The notes: generated from the sequence alone by a model not told the origin. 64,000 nt of DNA from an uncultured Granulicella sp. (GCA_964489045.1 CAZAXI010000002.1:21375-85374); one strand, 5' to 3'. Shown: positions 27,801-37,000, counted from the first letter of the stretch. Translations and numbers: made by a program.

Positions 27801-28336
27801 CCGAGGGAGTAGAGCGCGTTGCCGCGGTTGGAGTGGGCTTCGGCGTAGTTGGGGTTGAGGGCGATGGCGCGGTCGTGGCTCTCGAGTGCGGCGGAGAACT
27901 GTTTGAGCGTGTGCAGCGCGCTGCCGCGGTTGTGCCAGGCTTCCGCGTGGCGGAGATTCAGGCGGATGGCGCGGTCGTAGCTCTCGACGGCCGCGTGGTG
28001 CTGCCCCAGCATGAAGAGCGCATTGGCGCGGTTGACGTGGAACTCGGCGTTGTTGGGATCGGATGCGATGGCGCGGTCGATCAGTTCGAGCGCGGCCGAC
28101 GGCTGTCCGGTCTGGCAGGCGATGACGCCGAGCAGATGCAGCGCAATGGGGTGGCTGGGGTTGGATTCGAGGACCTGGCGATAGAGAGCTTCGGCCTGGG
28201 GAAGTTGGCCGGCCTGATGGCGAGCGATGGCCTGCTGGAGGAGCGCGTCGATCGGGGAAGGCGCGGGGGTTGCAGGCGGGGGATTTGCCGGACGGTGCTG
28301 GGGATGGCGTGAGGGTTTGCCGGGTTTTTTCTTCAT
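24821..28336 (-). CDS. TPR protein with an internal GT4-like domain and a C-terminal GT41 (OGT/SPINDLY-like) domain
   Basis: ~7 TPRs, then GIGGSEEA...VPNGID...YPSEMAEIDCISLSKAMAAG (GT-B), 3 further TPRs, then RIGYFSADF.NH, APIQVNYLGYPGT, FNNAYKITP and DTLPYNAHTTASDALWTGLP. Confidence 0.9.
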   Translation of the reverse strand: MKKKPGKPSRHPQHRPANPPPATPAPSPIDALLQQAIARHQAGQLPQAEALYRQVLESNPSHPIALHLLGVIACQTGQPSAALELIDRAIASDPNNAEFHVNRANALFMLGQHHAAVESYDRAIRLNLRHAEAWHNRGSALHTLKQFSAALESHDRAIALNPNYAEAHSNRGNALYSLGQYQAALESCDRALALRPDYPEALNNRGSALQGLKQYRQAVASYDRAIQLRPDFADAYTNRGNALQALNLADENFSKHASSGRDLVFYCGPATETWNPGSVNATGIGGSEEAILWLSRLLHHRGWNVTVYAKCGEHEQIYDGVTWKPYWLWNYRDRQDVTILWRYPHLADYNINSGKVILDLHDVFSDADLPPANLARIHKIFVKSRFHRSLFPAIPDDKFAIVPNGIDAQLFEPAAPRDPLLLINTSSADRSLEAFLDCFEQIKLQVPGAKAEWAYGWDVWDTFHASNPTMMQWKTALQTRMHQLGVAELGRISHSDVARLYLRANIFAYPSEMAEIDCISLSKAMAAGAIPITTDFAALGEKSGHGGVFIHSTKTKDNWLQPGLLHVAMTDPEQKAQFVRAAVDLLRNPPAESARDSMRAWARSTFDWNSVADAWHQALTDPPPLLTAIESHDQAIRLNPNRAEAHNNRGSVLHSLFQYEAALESYDRAIALQPDYADAHRNRGDVLMALKQYPSALESLNHALQLDPSYKYLPGLRLFTKRALCDWQDDAADLRQIEAAIGHGEKAAIPFATLAFSESPAVQKRAAEIYTLDQHPAHTALAAIPRRPRRDRIRIGYFSADFYNHATSYLMAELFERHDRTRFEILGFSFGPDRADQMSRRVSSAMDRFLDVRNLPDRQIAELSRSLEVDIAVDLKGFTRDHRAGIFSYRAAPIQVNYLGYPGTMAADTIDYLIADPTIIPDSSRGHYTEKIVRLPDSYQPNDRRRLISAAPRSRAEEGIPDAAFVFCCFNNAYKITPAVFDLWMRIMARVDASVLWLLEENPATIANLRAEAARRNIAPERLIFARPLPLPEHLARHALADLFLDTLPYNAHTTASDALWTGLPLLTRSGETFAGRVAASLLRAMALPESDLIQLIATTESDYEQRAVALAHSPARLQSLRRRLQQSRLTAPLFDTPAFTLHLEAAYTAIYDRYHAALPPDHIDIPRIAQ

Positions 28337-28351
28337 GCGGGTGGGGGTGGC

Positions 28352-29728
28352 CTACTCCTTGATGGAGATGCCGAGGGCCTTCATTTTGCGGTAGAGGTGG
28401 GAGCGTTCGAGGCCGAGAGCTTCGGCGGTGCGGGAGACATTGCCGTGGCACTCGTCGAGTTTTTTCAAGATATAGTCGCGTTCGTAGGCATCGCGGGCTT
28501 CCTGCAGCGTGGAGAAGTCTTCGCGGACGCCGGAGGATTTGGCGGCTTCGCGGGCGACCAGGGCAGGCAGGTGCTTGCGTTCGATGCGCTGCGACTTGGG
28601 ATTGAGGATGAGTACGCGCTCGACCAGATTGCGCAGCTCGCGGACGTTGCCGGGCCAGTTGTAGTGGCGGAGAGCGTCGAGAGCGTCGGGATGCATTTCG
28701 ACGTGAGGACGGCCGTACTGGGTACCGAACTCCTGCAGGAATTCCTTGACCAGGAGGGGAATGTCTTCCTTGCGGTCGCGCAGCGGCGGGACGAAGAAGG
28801 GGATGACGTTGAGGCGGTAGAAGAGGTCTTCGCGGAAGTTGCCGCGGGCGATCTCCTCTTCGAGGTCCTTGTTGGTGGCGGCGATGACGCGGACGTCGAC
28901 GTGGATGGGTTGAGTAGCGCCGACGGGAAGAAAGCGCTGCTCATCCAATGCCCGCAAGACTCTCGCTTGCGTCTTCAAGCTCATGTCGCCGACTTCGTCG
29001 AGGAAGAGGGTGCCGCCGTCGGCGCGTTCGAACGTCCCGCGCTTTTCGGCGGGCGTGCCGGGCGCCATGCCGGTGATGGCGCCACGGCGGTAGCCGAAGA
29101 GTTCGGTTTCGATGTGGTCCTCGGGGATGGCGGCGCAGTTGAGCTCGACGAAGACGCGGTCCTTGCGGAGGGATTCGGCGTGCATGGCGCGGCCGATGAG
29201 TTCCTTGCCGGTGCCGGACTCGCCATAGATAAGGACGCGGCCGTTCGTGGGGGCCATCAGCTTGATCTGCTGGCGGAGGGCCTTCATGGGGACCGAGTTG
29301 CCGGTGACGCAACTGCGGAAGCTGAGCTGGCGGGCAAATTCTCTATTGTCCTCGCGGAGCTGGCGGGTGTTGATGGCGTTCTTGAGGACGATGAGGGTGC
29401 GGTCGAGCGAGAGCGGCTTCTCCAGGAAGTCATACGCGCCGAGCTTGGTGGCGCGCACCGCCGCTTCGATGGTCCCGTGGCCGGAGATGATGATGACCTC
29501 GGGCAGATGCGCCGAGTCCATGTGGCGAATGTCGGCGAGGGCGTCGAGGCCGTCGCGGTCGGGGAGCCAGATGTCGAGCAGGACGACGTCGTAGATGGCG
29601 TCGGCGAGCAGGGTGAGGGCCTCGTGCGCAGTGGCGGCGGTGGCCACGGCGTAACCCTCCTCGGTGAGGATGGATTCGAGGGAGTCGCGGATTTCAGCTT
29701 CGTCGTCGACGATCAGAACGTGGTTCAT
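28352..29728 (-). CDS. ntrX: NtrX-like response regulator (REC-AAA+-HTH)
   Basis: LLDIWLP receiver, GESGTGKE, FLDEV, FREDLFYRLNV, WPGNVREL, and a Fis HTH ending LERSHLYRKMK. GAFTGA loop altered. Confidence 0.85.
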   Translation of the reverse strand: MNHVLIVDDEAEIRDSLESILTEEGYAVATAATAHEALTLLADAIYDVVLLDIWLPDRDGLDALADIRHMDSAHLPEVIIISGHGTIEAAVRATKLGAYDFLEKPLSLDRTLIVLKNAINTRQLREDNREFARQLSFRSCVTGNSVPMKALRQQIKLMAPTNGRVLIYGESGTGKELIGRAMHAESLRKDRVFVELNCAAIPEDHIETELFGYRRGAITGMAPGTPAEKRGTFERADGGTLFLDEVGDMSLKTQARVLRALDEQRFLPVGATQPIHVDVRVIAATNKDLEEEIARGNFREDLFYRLNVIPFFVPPLRDRKEDIPLLVKEFLQEFGTQYGRPHVEMHPDALDALRHYNWPGNVRELRNLVERVLILNPKSQRIERKHLPALVAREAAKSSGVREDFSTLQEARDAYERDYILKKLDECHGNVSRTAEALGLERSHLYRKMKALGISIKE

Positions 29729-29844
29729 AGGGGCAGTTGCTAGTTGAGTTGTTAGTTGATGGCGCGTGGAGGTTATTGGTTCACGTGATTATGGTACTCG
29801 GCATCGGCATGGGTGCACCCCCCGGGATGTGGGCTTCAGGTCGC

Positions 29845-30240
29845 CTACAGAAGCCTTGTTTCGTATTTCTGCTTGGCGAGGAGCGCAACCGCTTTCTTGT
29901 CGAAGGAGACGAACGTCTCTGCACCGAGCCAGTGTCCCTCATAGGCAATGATCCCGTCTGCAAAATCGCCACCGGCATTCAAGACTGCGAGCCCAGCCTC
30001 GACTGCCGGCCGATTGAGACTAACACTTTCCGTATCGGCCAACGCTCGGATGGCGGCTGCGATGTCCTCCCGATCGAATTCGTATAACCGGCGCAGTACC
30101 CAGACAAACTCGCACAAGCAAGGAATCGTTACCGCGATGATCTCGGCGCTCTTCAGAATCTTGTCTGCGGCCGCCGCCTGTTTTTCGTCGTCACGCACGA
30201 CAGCTCGAATGAGCACATTGGTATCTACAGTAATCTTCAT
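29845..30240 (-). CDS. vapC: PIN-domain toxin (VapC-like)
   Basis: VDTNVLIR, CEFVWVL, GDFADGII, SFDKK. ATGA overlap with the upstream antitoxin. Confidence 0.88.
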   Translation of the reverse strand: MKITVDTNVLIRAVVRDDEKQAAAADKILKSAEIIAVTIPCLCEFVWVLRRLYEFDREDIAAAIRALADTESVSLNRPAVEAGLAVLNAGGDFADGIIAYEGHWLGAETFVSFDKKAVALLAKQKYETRLL

Positions 30241-30488
30241 TTCTTTCCTGCCCAGCCCTCTTCCGCTGCCTGGTTGATCTGGTCGATGGTGGCGGTCTTC
30301 TTGGTCCGACCCGCGAGCAGACCCAGGAAGGCATTTATCTTCATGGATGGCCGAGGCGCTTTCAGAACTCCGCGTCCTCCGGGGATCAACTCGAGTTCAA
30401 TTTTTTCTCCCGGTTGAATACCAAGGTGGCGCAGGACTTCTTTGCGAAATGTGACCTGTCCCCGGGAAGTGACTGTAAGTGTTTTCAT
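30237..30488 (-). CDS. AbrB/MazE-type antitoxin
   Basis: TVTSRGQVTFRKEVLRHLGIQPGEKIE swapped-hairpin motif. Confidence 0.88.
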   Translation of the reverse strand: MKTLTVTSRGQVTFRKEVLRHLGIQPGEKIELELIPGGRGVLKAPRPSMKINAFLGLLAGRTKKTATIDQINQAAEEGWAGKK

Positions 30489-30562
30489 GGCAATAACCCT
30501 CTATCGACCGCCTAATCCATTGTAATGCAAATGTACCTTATTTCCAGCATCCGTCCAAGAAA

Positions 30563-30610
30563 CCTGAGGTTGGCGGCGGCTTTGGCTGGATCGAACTCGA
30601 AGCTCGGCAC
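30563..30610 (-). pseudogene. BrnT toxin 5' remnant
   Basis: From GTG the frame reads (M)PSFEFDPAKAAANLR and then loses similarity. Matches the BrnT N-terminal FEWDxxKxxxNxxKHG pattern. Confidence 0.55.
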
Positions 30611-30670
30611 TGGTATCGCCTTATTGGTGCGGATTGGGGCAGACGATGTGTTCATGGGTTGGCCGACGGC

Positions 30671-33112
30671 TCAAGTGCTGGTGGTTAGGCTGGGTGTGGT
30701 TGAGATGTCGTTGGTGGGTTCGGGGTCGGAGGTGGGGGCGGGGGGGAGTTCGATGATGAAGGTGGCGCCGGCGGGGGAGTTTTTTTCGGCGCGGATGGTG
30801 CCGCCGTGTTCCTGGACGATTTTGGCGGCGATGGCGAGGCCGAGGCCGGTGCCGCGCTGCTTGGTGGAGAAGTAGGGGAGGAAGAGGCGCTCGCGCATCT
30901 CGTCGGTGAGGCCGGAGCCGGTGTCGGATACGGTGAGCTCGACCATGCCGGAGGGGAGCAGCGCGGTGGTGACGCGGAGCTCGCGGAGAAGCGACTCGTG
31001 CATGGCTTCGGCGGCGTTGTCGATGAGGTTGCCGAGCGCGCGCTTCATGGCTTCGGGGTCGGCGAGCACGAGTGGGAGATCGGGCGCGAGGCGCTTGGTG
31101 AGGCGAATGTTTTGCAGGCGGCCGGCGAACAGGGCGAGCGAGTTCTCGACGATGGGGTTGAGCGCGGCAGGGCGCGGCTCGGCTGCCGGGAACTGCGCGA
31201 GTGCGGCGAACTGGTCGACCAACATCCTCATCGATTCGACGGAGGAAGAGATGACCTCGCTGGAGCGGCGGATGACGGCGACGGAGGGCGACTCGAGCTG
31301 GGCGGAGGTGAGGGTGACGCCGATACGGTCGATATGACGATGGATTTGTTCGGCGCTGAGGGAGATGGGGGTGAGCGGATTCTTGATCTCGTGGGCGACG
31401 CGGCGGGCGACTTCTTTCCAGGCGGACTGCTTCTGCGCGCGCAGGAGCTCGGTGGCGTTTTCGAGGACGAGCACGTAGCCGTGGTGGATGCGGGCTGAAC
31501 CGGAGGCGGGACCGGAGCCGGTTTCCAGCAGCGCGACGGTGGCGAGCAGGTACATGGTGCCTCCGGCGCGCGTGCCGGTGCCGGGGATGGTCATCTCCAT
31601 CTCGCCCGAGGCAGAGCCCATGCGGTGGCTGCGGCGAAGCAGGTGGTGGATGGATTCGAGCGCTTCGGCGGGGAAGATTTTGTCGATGGAGGTGCCGATG
31701 AAGGGGGTCTGGCCGCCGGGGTCGAGCATCTCTGAGAGCGCGCGGTTGGCCAGGACGATGGAGCCACTGGGGTCGAGGGTGGCGACGCCGTTGGGGATGG
31801 TCTCCAGCATGGTTTCGAGTTCGCCGCGGCGGGCTTCCAAGGTAGCATTGGCGGCGGAGAGTTGCAGGTTGGAGGTATCGACGGCGCGGCGGCTGCCCTC
31901 AAGATCGGCGGCCATGTGGTTGAAGCTGCGGACCAGCCCGCCGAGCTCTTCGGTTGCGCTCTCGGCGACGCGGCAGGCGTAATCTCCCTGAGCGATGGCT
32001 TCCATGGCTTCGGCGAGCGATTCGACGGGCTTGGTGACCTGTTTGGAGAGATGCAGCGCGAGCCAACTGCAGGCGAACAACGCCAGCGAGGTCATCATGA
32101 GCAGGAGCAGCATGTAGAGCGTGCGCACCTCGCGGCGCTGCAGGTAAGCCTTGCGGTAGGCGTCGACGGCGCTCTGGAAACGGGTGACGGTGGCGGAAAG
32201 GCCGTAGGGCATGGGCAGGCCGACGACGACGGTGCCGCCCTGCTTGATGGCGGCGGTGCCGAGCGCGTAATCGGTGTCGCCGAGTGAGAAGATGGGCAGG
32301 TCGTTGCGCTGGGCGGCGGTGAGGATGGCGGCGTCGACGGACTGATCCATCACGCGATCGTCGCCGGGTTGGTGGCCGAGCGGCGCGGCGGGCGCGCTTT
32401 CGGTGTCGGCATCGCTGGAGGCCTGGTCGGGAAGCCAGGGCTTGACCTGGGCTGGTGCGCCGGTGAGCGGCGGCATGTGGAAGGTTGCGACCGGCTGGGC
32501 TTCGCGGTAGACAACCGCAAAGCCGTTCTGCAGCGTGATCTCGTGCTGATGTAGGACGCGGTCGATGGTGTCGGCGGGCGCTGCGGGCGGGAGGGGGTTG
32601 GGCGCGGGGGCGTTCGCGGCGCCGCTCCCGGTGGGGAGCAGCGAGGCCGCGATGGATTCGGCTTCGACGCGGGCGTTGGCCGAGGTGTACTGAGCGAGTT
32701 CGAGCGCGAGCCGGGTGGAGTCGTCGCGGATCTCATCGGGATTCTGCGAGAACCAGCGCTCGAGGGAGCGATTCATCAGGTCGTAGCTGAAAAGGAACAT
32801 GAAGACAATGGGGATGACCGAGACCAGCACCGCCCCCCAGAGCATGCGGGTGCGCAGGCGCGTGCCCATGACGCTGGAGCGCTGGTCGGCGTAGAGCTTG
32901 AGGACGTTGCGGACGAGCAGCACTAGGACCACGACGAAAAGGAGAAAGGCGACCGCGGAGAGGCCGGAGAAGACGACGATCTCGCCGGTGGTGGCGGGCG
33001 TGAGGAACTTCAGGTGGAAGGCATTCAGCGCGGTGAAGGTGCCAAGCAGCACGACCGCGATCGAGCCGAGGACGATGATGACGATCTTCCGCCGGCTCGC
33101 GCTGGTGTCCAT
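30671..33112 (-). CDS. ntrY: NtrY-like sensor histidine kinase (TM-HAMP-PAS-HisKA-HATPase)
   Basis: AWKEVARRVAHEIKNPLTPI H-box, NLIDNA, DTGSG, PYFSTK.RGTGLGLAI. Confidence 0.88.
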   Translation of the reverse strand: MDTSASRRKIVIIVLGSIAVVLLGTFTALNAFHLKFLTPATTGEIVVFSGLSAVAFLLFVVVLVLLVRNVLKLYADQRSSVMGTRLRTRMLWGAVLVSVIPIVFMFLFSYDLMNRSLERWFSQNPDEIRDDSTRLALELAQYTSANARVEAESIAASLLPTGSGAANAPAPNPLPPAAPADTIDRVLHQHEITLQNGFAVVYREAQPVATFHMPPLTGAPAQVKPWLPDQASSDADTESAPAAPLGHQPGDDRVMDQSVDAAILTAAQRNDLPIFSLGDTDYALGTAAIKQGGTVVVGLPMPYGLSATVTRFQSAVDAYRKAYLQRREVRTLYMLLLLMMTSLALFACSWLALHLSKQVTKPVESLAEAMEAIAQGDYACRVAESATEELGGLVRSFNHMAADLEGSRRAVDTSNLQLSAANATLEARRGELETMLETIPNGVATLDPSGSIVLANRALSEMLDPGGQTPFIGTSIDKIFPAEALESIHHLLRRSHRMGSASGEMEMTIPGTGTRAGGTMYLLATVALLETGSGPASGSARIHHGYVLVLENATELLRAQKQSAWKEVARRVAHEIKNPLTPISLSAEQIHRHIDRIGVTLTSAQLESPSVAVIRRSSEVISSSVESMRMLVDQFAALAQFPAAEPRPAALNPIVENSLALFAGRLQNIRLTKRLAPDLPLVLADPEAMKRALGNLIDNAAEAMHESLLRELRVTTALLPSGMVELTVSDTGSGLTDEMRERLFLPYFSTKQRGTGLGLAIAAKIVQEHGGTIRAEKNSPAGATFIIELPPAPTSDPEPTNDISTTPSLTTST

Positions 33113-33268
33113 CGAGACAACCCTCCGTCAGTGAGACGATTATAGGCGGAGGGGTCACTTCGTGACGCGTATTGGGCTTCGCGTGGTGCTCCCGATGGTC
33201 GCAATCGGAATCCTGTGCGACCGGCGGCGCGGAGGTGGGTTTGGGCCGGTGATTTATCATCGAAGTGC

Positions 33269-33358
33269 GGAAGAGTGGCCGAGTGGTTGATGGCTCCAGT
33301 CTTGAAAACTGGCGTACCTGCAAGGGTACCGGGGGTTCGAATCCCTCCTCTTCCGCCA
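33269..33358 (+). tRNA. tRNA-Ser (anticodon TGA)
   Basis: GGAAGAG acceptor stem, CCAGT-CTTGAAA-ACTGG anticodon arm, long variable arm, GTTCGAATC, GCCA end. Confidence 0.97.
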
Positions 33359-33423
33359 CTGCTCCAAAATCTGTGGGCTATGCGTCCATTTGAAATAGAG
33401 CAACCGCATTATTCTCTGATTGG

Positions 33424-34020
33424 TCAGCGGGGTCCGAGGCGGAAGGTGAATCCGGTGCTGATGCGCAGATCGTTCTGGAGGTTGTTCTGCGCGTTGGGAA
33501 CGTAGGAGTGCACCCAGTCCGCTTCGATGATGGTCCAGCCGAAGTGTGGGTAGAGGGTTGTGCTGACGCCGCCGCCAACGCTGAACGCTGCGCCTCTGAC
33601 GTTCTGCACCGCCGCGTAGCTGGAGAACTCCTGCGAACCGCCGCCGAGGACCTGGGCGTAGGGGACGTAGCGCTTGAGGAACGGGTGGAACCTGTAGCGC
33701 GGGCCGAAGAGATAGTTGAAGACGGTGATTGACTGGGTGGTGGCGCCAACAGTGTTGGCGTGCGCGGCCGCGAGGTCCGCGACGACACCAAAGCCGTGGG
33801 GCATATTGAAGACCGCCGAGCCATATCCGCCGAAGGCCGAGAAACAGCCGCACTGCGCGGGAGGCGCGTTGGCGAAAAGAGAAAAATACCCCCCGGTGAT
33901 CTCCAGCACCGGGGTCTGGCCGGGGTCAAGGCCAAACGGCTCCGGTGCGTGGGTTTGCGCGGAGACCATTGCCGAGAGTGCGAGGAAAGCGGTAAGCAGA
34001 ATTGTCTTGTCGAATCGCAT
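33424..34020 (-). CDS. Small outer-membrane beta-barrel protein with a CGC motif
   Basis: Signal peptide, alternating aromatic/Gly strands, YLFGPRY, C-terminal RISTGFTFR. Starts 10 bp after the giant gene. Confidence 0.8.
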   Translation of the reverse strand: MRFDKTILLTAFLALSAMVSAQTHAPEPFGLDPGQTPVLEITGGYFSLFANAPPAQCGCFSAFGGYGSAVFNMPHGFGVVADLAAAHANTVGATTQSITVFNYLFGPRYRFHPFLKRYVPYAQVLGGGSQEFSSYAAVQNVRGAAFSVGGGVSTTLYPHFGWTIIEADWVHSYVPNAQNNLQNDLRISTGFTFRLGPR

Positions 34021-34030
34021 CTGTCTTCTC

Positions 34031-37000
34031 CTACTGCACAGTCAGGCTGACGGTGGTGGTTTCCTGGAGCGAGCCACTGGTTCCGACGACAGTGACCGTA
34101 TAGGTCTGGGGAGCGGGACCAAAGTAGCCTCCGCCGCATCCGCTGATTGCCAGGGCGGGAAGAATGGCAAGCACGGCCAGGCCGAGGAGCATCCAGCGTT
34201 GAGTGGAGCGGCGGAGCCGGCGGCCGGCGGCGAGTCCCAGCAGCGGTAGACCGGCAAGCACGGCGAGCAAGGGCACAGGATTCTGCCGATGCGGCTCAGG
34301 AGTAGCCAGGCGGGCCAGGCCGGTGGACGTCTGGATGGACATCACGCTGGGTGCGCCTGCGCTTCCAGGGGTTACCGCGGGCGGTTGGAACGAGACCTGC
34401 GCGCCCGCGGGAAGGCCGGTGGCCGAGAGCGTGACCAGGTTGTTGAAGCTTCCTCCAAGCGGCACGATGTTGAGGTTGTACTGGGCCACCGCGCCCGGCT
34501 GGATGCTGGCAGCCGGCGTCGAAGAGTTGACGGCGTAGATTCCGGCGCTTCCCGTGCCGGTGAGCGTGGCCGATTGCGGCGAGCCGGCGGCGTTGTCGGC
34601 GACTGAGATCGCAGCGGTGAGGCTGGCTGCCGAGGCCGGGGTGAACGTGACCGTGATGGTGCAGGTCGCTCCCACGGCTAGCGAACTACCGCAGTTATTG
34701 GTCTCGCCGAAGCTGCTGGCGTTGGCGCCGGTGACGGAGATGCTGGTGATGGTCAGAGCGGTGTTGCCGGGATTGGACAGGGTCAGGGGTAGCGTCGACG
34801 AAGTATTGATGGTGGTGCTGGGGAAGGCGAGCGGGTTGGGGGTGAGTACGGCTTGAGGAACCAGCGGCGCAGTCCCGGTGCCGGTGAGGGTGGCCGACTG
34901 CGGCGAGCCGGTGGCGTTATCGGCGACTGAGATCGCAGCGGTGAGGCTGGCTGCCGAGGCCGGGGTGAACGTGACCGTGATGGTGCAGGTCGCTCCCGCG
35001 GCTAGCGAGCTACCGCAGTTATTGGTCTCGCCGAAGCTGCTGGCATTCGTGCCCGTCACTGAGATGCTGGTGATGGTGAGGGCTGCGGTTCCGGGATTCG
35101 ACAGCGTCATGGGCAAGGCTGTCGCCGGAGTGCCGACCAGCGTGTTGGGGAAGGCGAGCGGGTTGGGGCTGAGCACGGCTTGAGGCGCAGTTCCGGTGCC
35201 GGTGAGGGTGGCTGACTGCGGTGAGCCGGTGGCGTTATCGGCAACCGAGATCGCAGCGCTGAGGCTGCCTGCGGATGCGGGCGTAAAGGTGACGGTGATG
35301 GTGCAGGTTGCGCTCGCGGCCAACGAAGAGCCGCAGTTATTGGTTTCGCCGAAGCTGCTGGCATTGGTACCGGTGACAGCAATGCTAGTAATGGTGAGGG
35401 CTGCGGTGCCGGGGTTCGACAGGGTGATGGGCAATGCGGTCGCCGCGGTGCCCACTCGCGTGCTTGGGAAGGCCAGTGGATTGGGGGCGAGCATAGCCTG
35501 CGGCTGAGTCCCGGTGCCGGTGACGGTGGCTGACTGCGGCGAACCGGTCGCGTTGTCGGCAACCGAGATCGCAGCCGTGAGACCGCCGGTCGACCCGGGC
35601 GTGAACGTGACTGTGATCGTGCAGTTCGCCCCCGCGGCAAGCGAGCTGCCGCAGTTGTTCGCCTGCCCAAAGCTACTGGCGTTAGTCCCCGTCACCGAGA
35701 TGCCGGTAATGGTGAGGGCAGCAGTGCCAGGGTTCGACAGCGTCATGGGCAGCGCCGTCGCCGCTGTGCCGACCAGCGTGCTGGGGAAGGGCAGCGGGTT
35801 GGGGCTCAGCACAGCCTGCGGGGCAGTTCCAGTGCCCGTGATCACGGCAGACTGCGGCGAGCCGGTCGCGTTATCCGCAACCGAGATGGCAGCAGTAAGG
35901 CTGCCCGTGGACCCCGGAGTAAACGCGACGGTGATGGTGCAGGTTGCTCCCGCGGCTAGCGAACCACCGCAGTTATTCGACTGCCCAAAGCTGCTGGCAT
36001 TGGTGCCCGTCACCGAAATGCTGGTGATGGTCAACGCGGCGTTGCCGGGATTGGACAGCGTCATCGGCATGGTTGATGCCGGAGTGCCGACCAACGTGCC
36101 GGGGAATGCCAGTGGATTGGGGCTGAGCACAGCCTGAGGCGCAGCCGCCGGGATACCCGTTCCGCTGAGTGTGATCGTGACCGGCGCGGGCGCGGCGCCT
36201 CCGCCTGAGCTAGAGTAGGGGACGGTCGCGGTGACGTTGTTGTAGCTCTGCGCTAAGGTAGGCGTGAAGGTAACGCTGAGGTTGCAGCTTGCGCCGACGG
36301 CGATGCCTGTGGTGCAGGTGCCGAGCCCAACGGAGTAGACGGAGTTGCCGGAAACGGGAGTGCCGAAGGTGGCGGTGTAGAGGTCGCCGTTGTTGGTGAG
36401 GGTGATGGTCTGGGCGGCGCTGGTGGTGTTCACGATCTGATTGGGGAAGGTCAGAGAGGGTGACGGGGGAGTTACGTACACGCCGTAGGCGAATGCCGTG
36501 AGCGCGATTGTCTGGGTTGTGCTGGTGGTGTTCAGCGAGTTGCTGGTGACGGTGATGCTGCCGCTGAAGACGCCGGCGTGGGCCGGCGTCACCACGACGG
36601 CGATCTGGCAGAGTGCTCCAGGCGCGACCGTGCCGCCGTTGCTGCAGTTAGTGCCGGTTGGCGCGGTCTGGATGCTGAACGGATTGCCGGTGATGGCGAT
36701 GTTCGAGATGGTCAGGGTCTGGTTGCCGCCGTTGTAGATGGTGGCGATCTGCTGCGGGCTTGCCGTGCCCAGCGCCTGAGACTGTTCTCCGAACGCGATC
36801 AGCCCTTGCGTCCGGTCCACCTTGTCGAGGTTGGTGTAGTTGCCGACGTAGACGGTGCCATCGGGAGCTATCGACATTCCGAGCGGCGATGCGGTGGAAT
36901 CGAGGTATGCCAAGGCGGTCGAGTAGCTGGATGCAGCCAATTCGGCAACTCCGCCGAGGGTATAGCGGGTTGCATATACGGTGTCTGCGGGGTCGACCCC

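Noticed and set aside
26261..28312. 683-aa plus-strand ORF and other long antisense or alternate-frame ORFs (e.g. 15251-17266, 18859-21090, 7000-8274, 28397-29743)
   Set aside because: They overlap well-supported genes, have no recognisable motifs, and are expected shadows of high-GC codon usage.
30641..30658. CCCATGAACACATCGTC after the ntrY stop resembling the ntrX start (ATGAACCAC...ATCGTC)
   Set aside because: Too short and needs gaps; cannot be distinguished from chance without comparative data.
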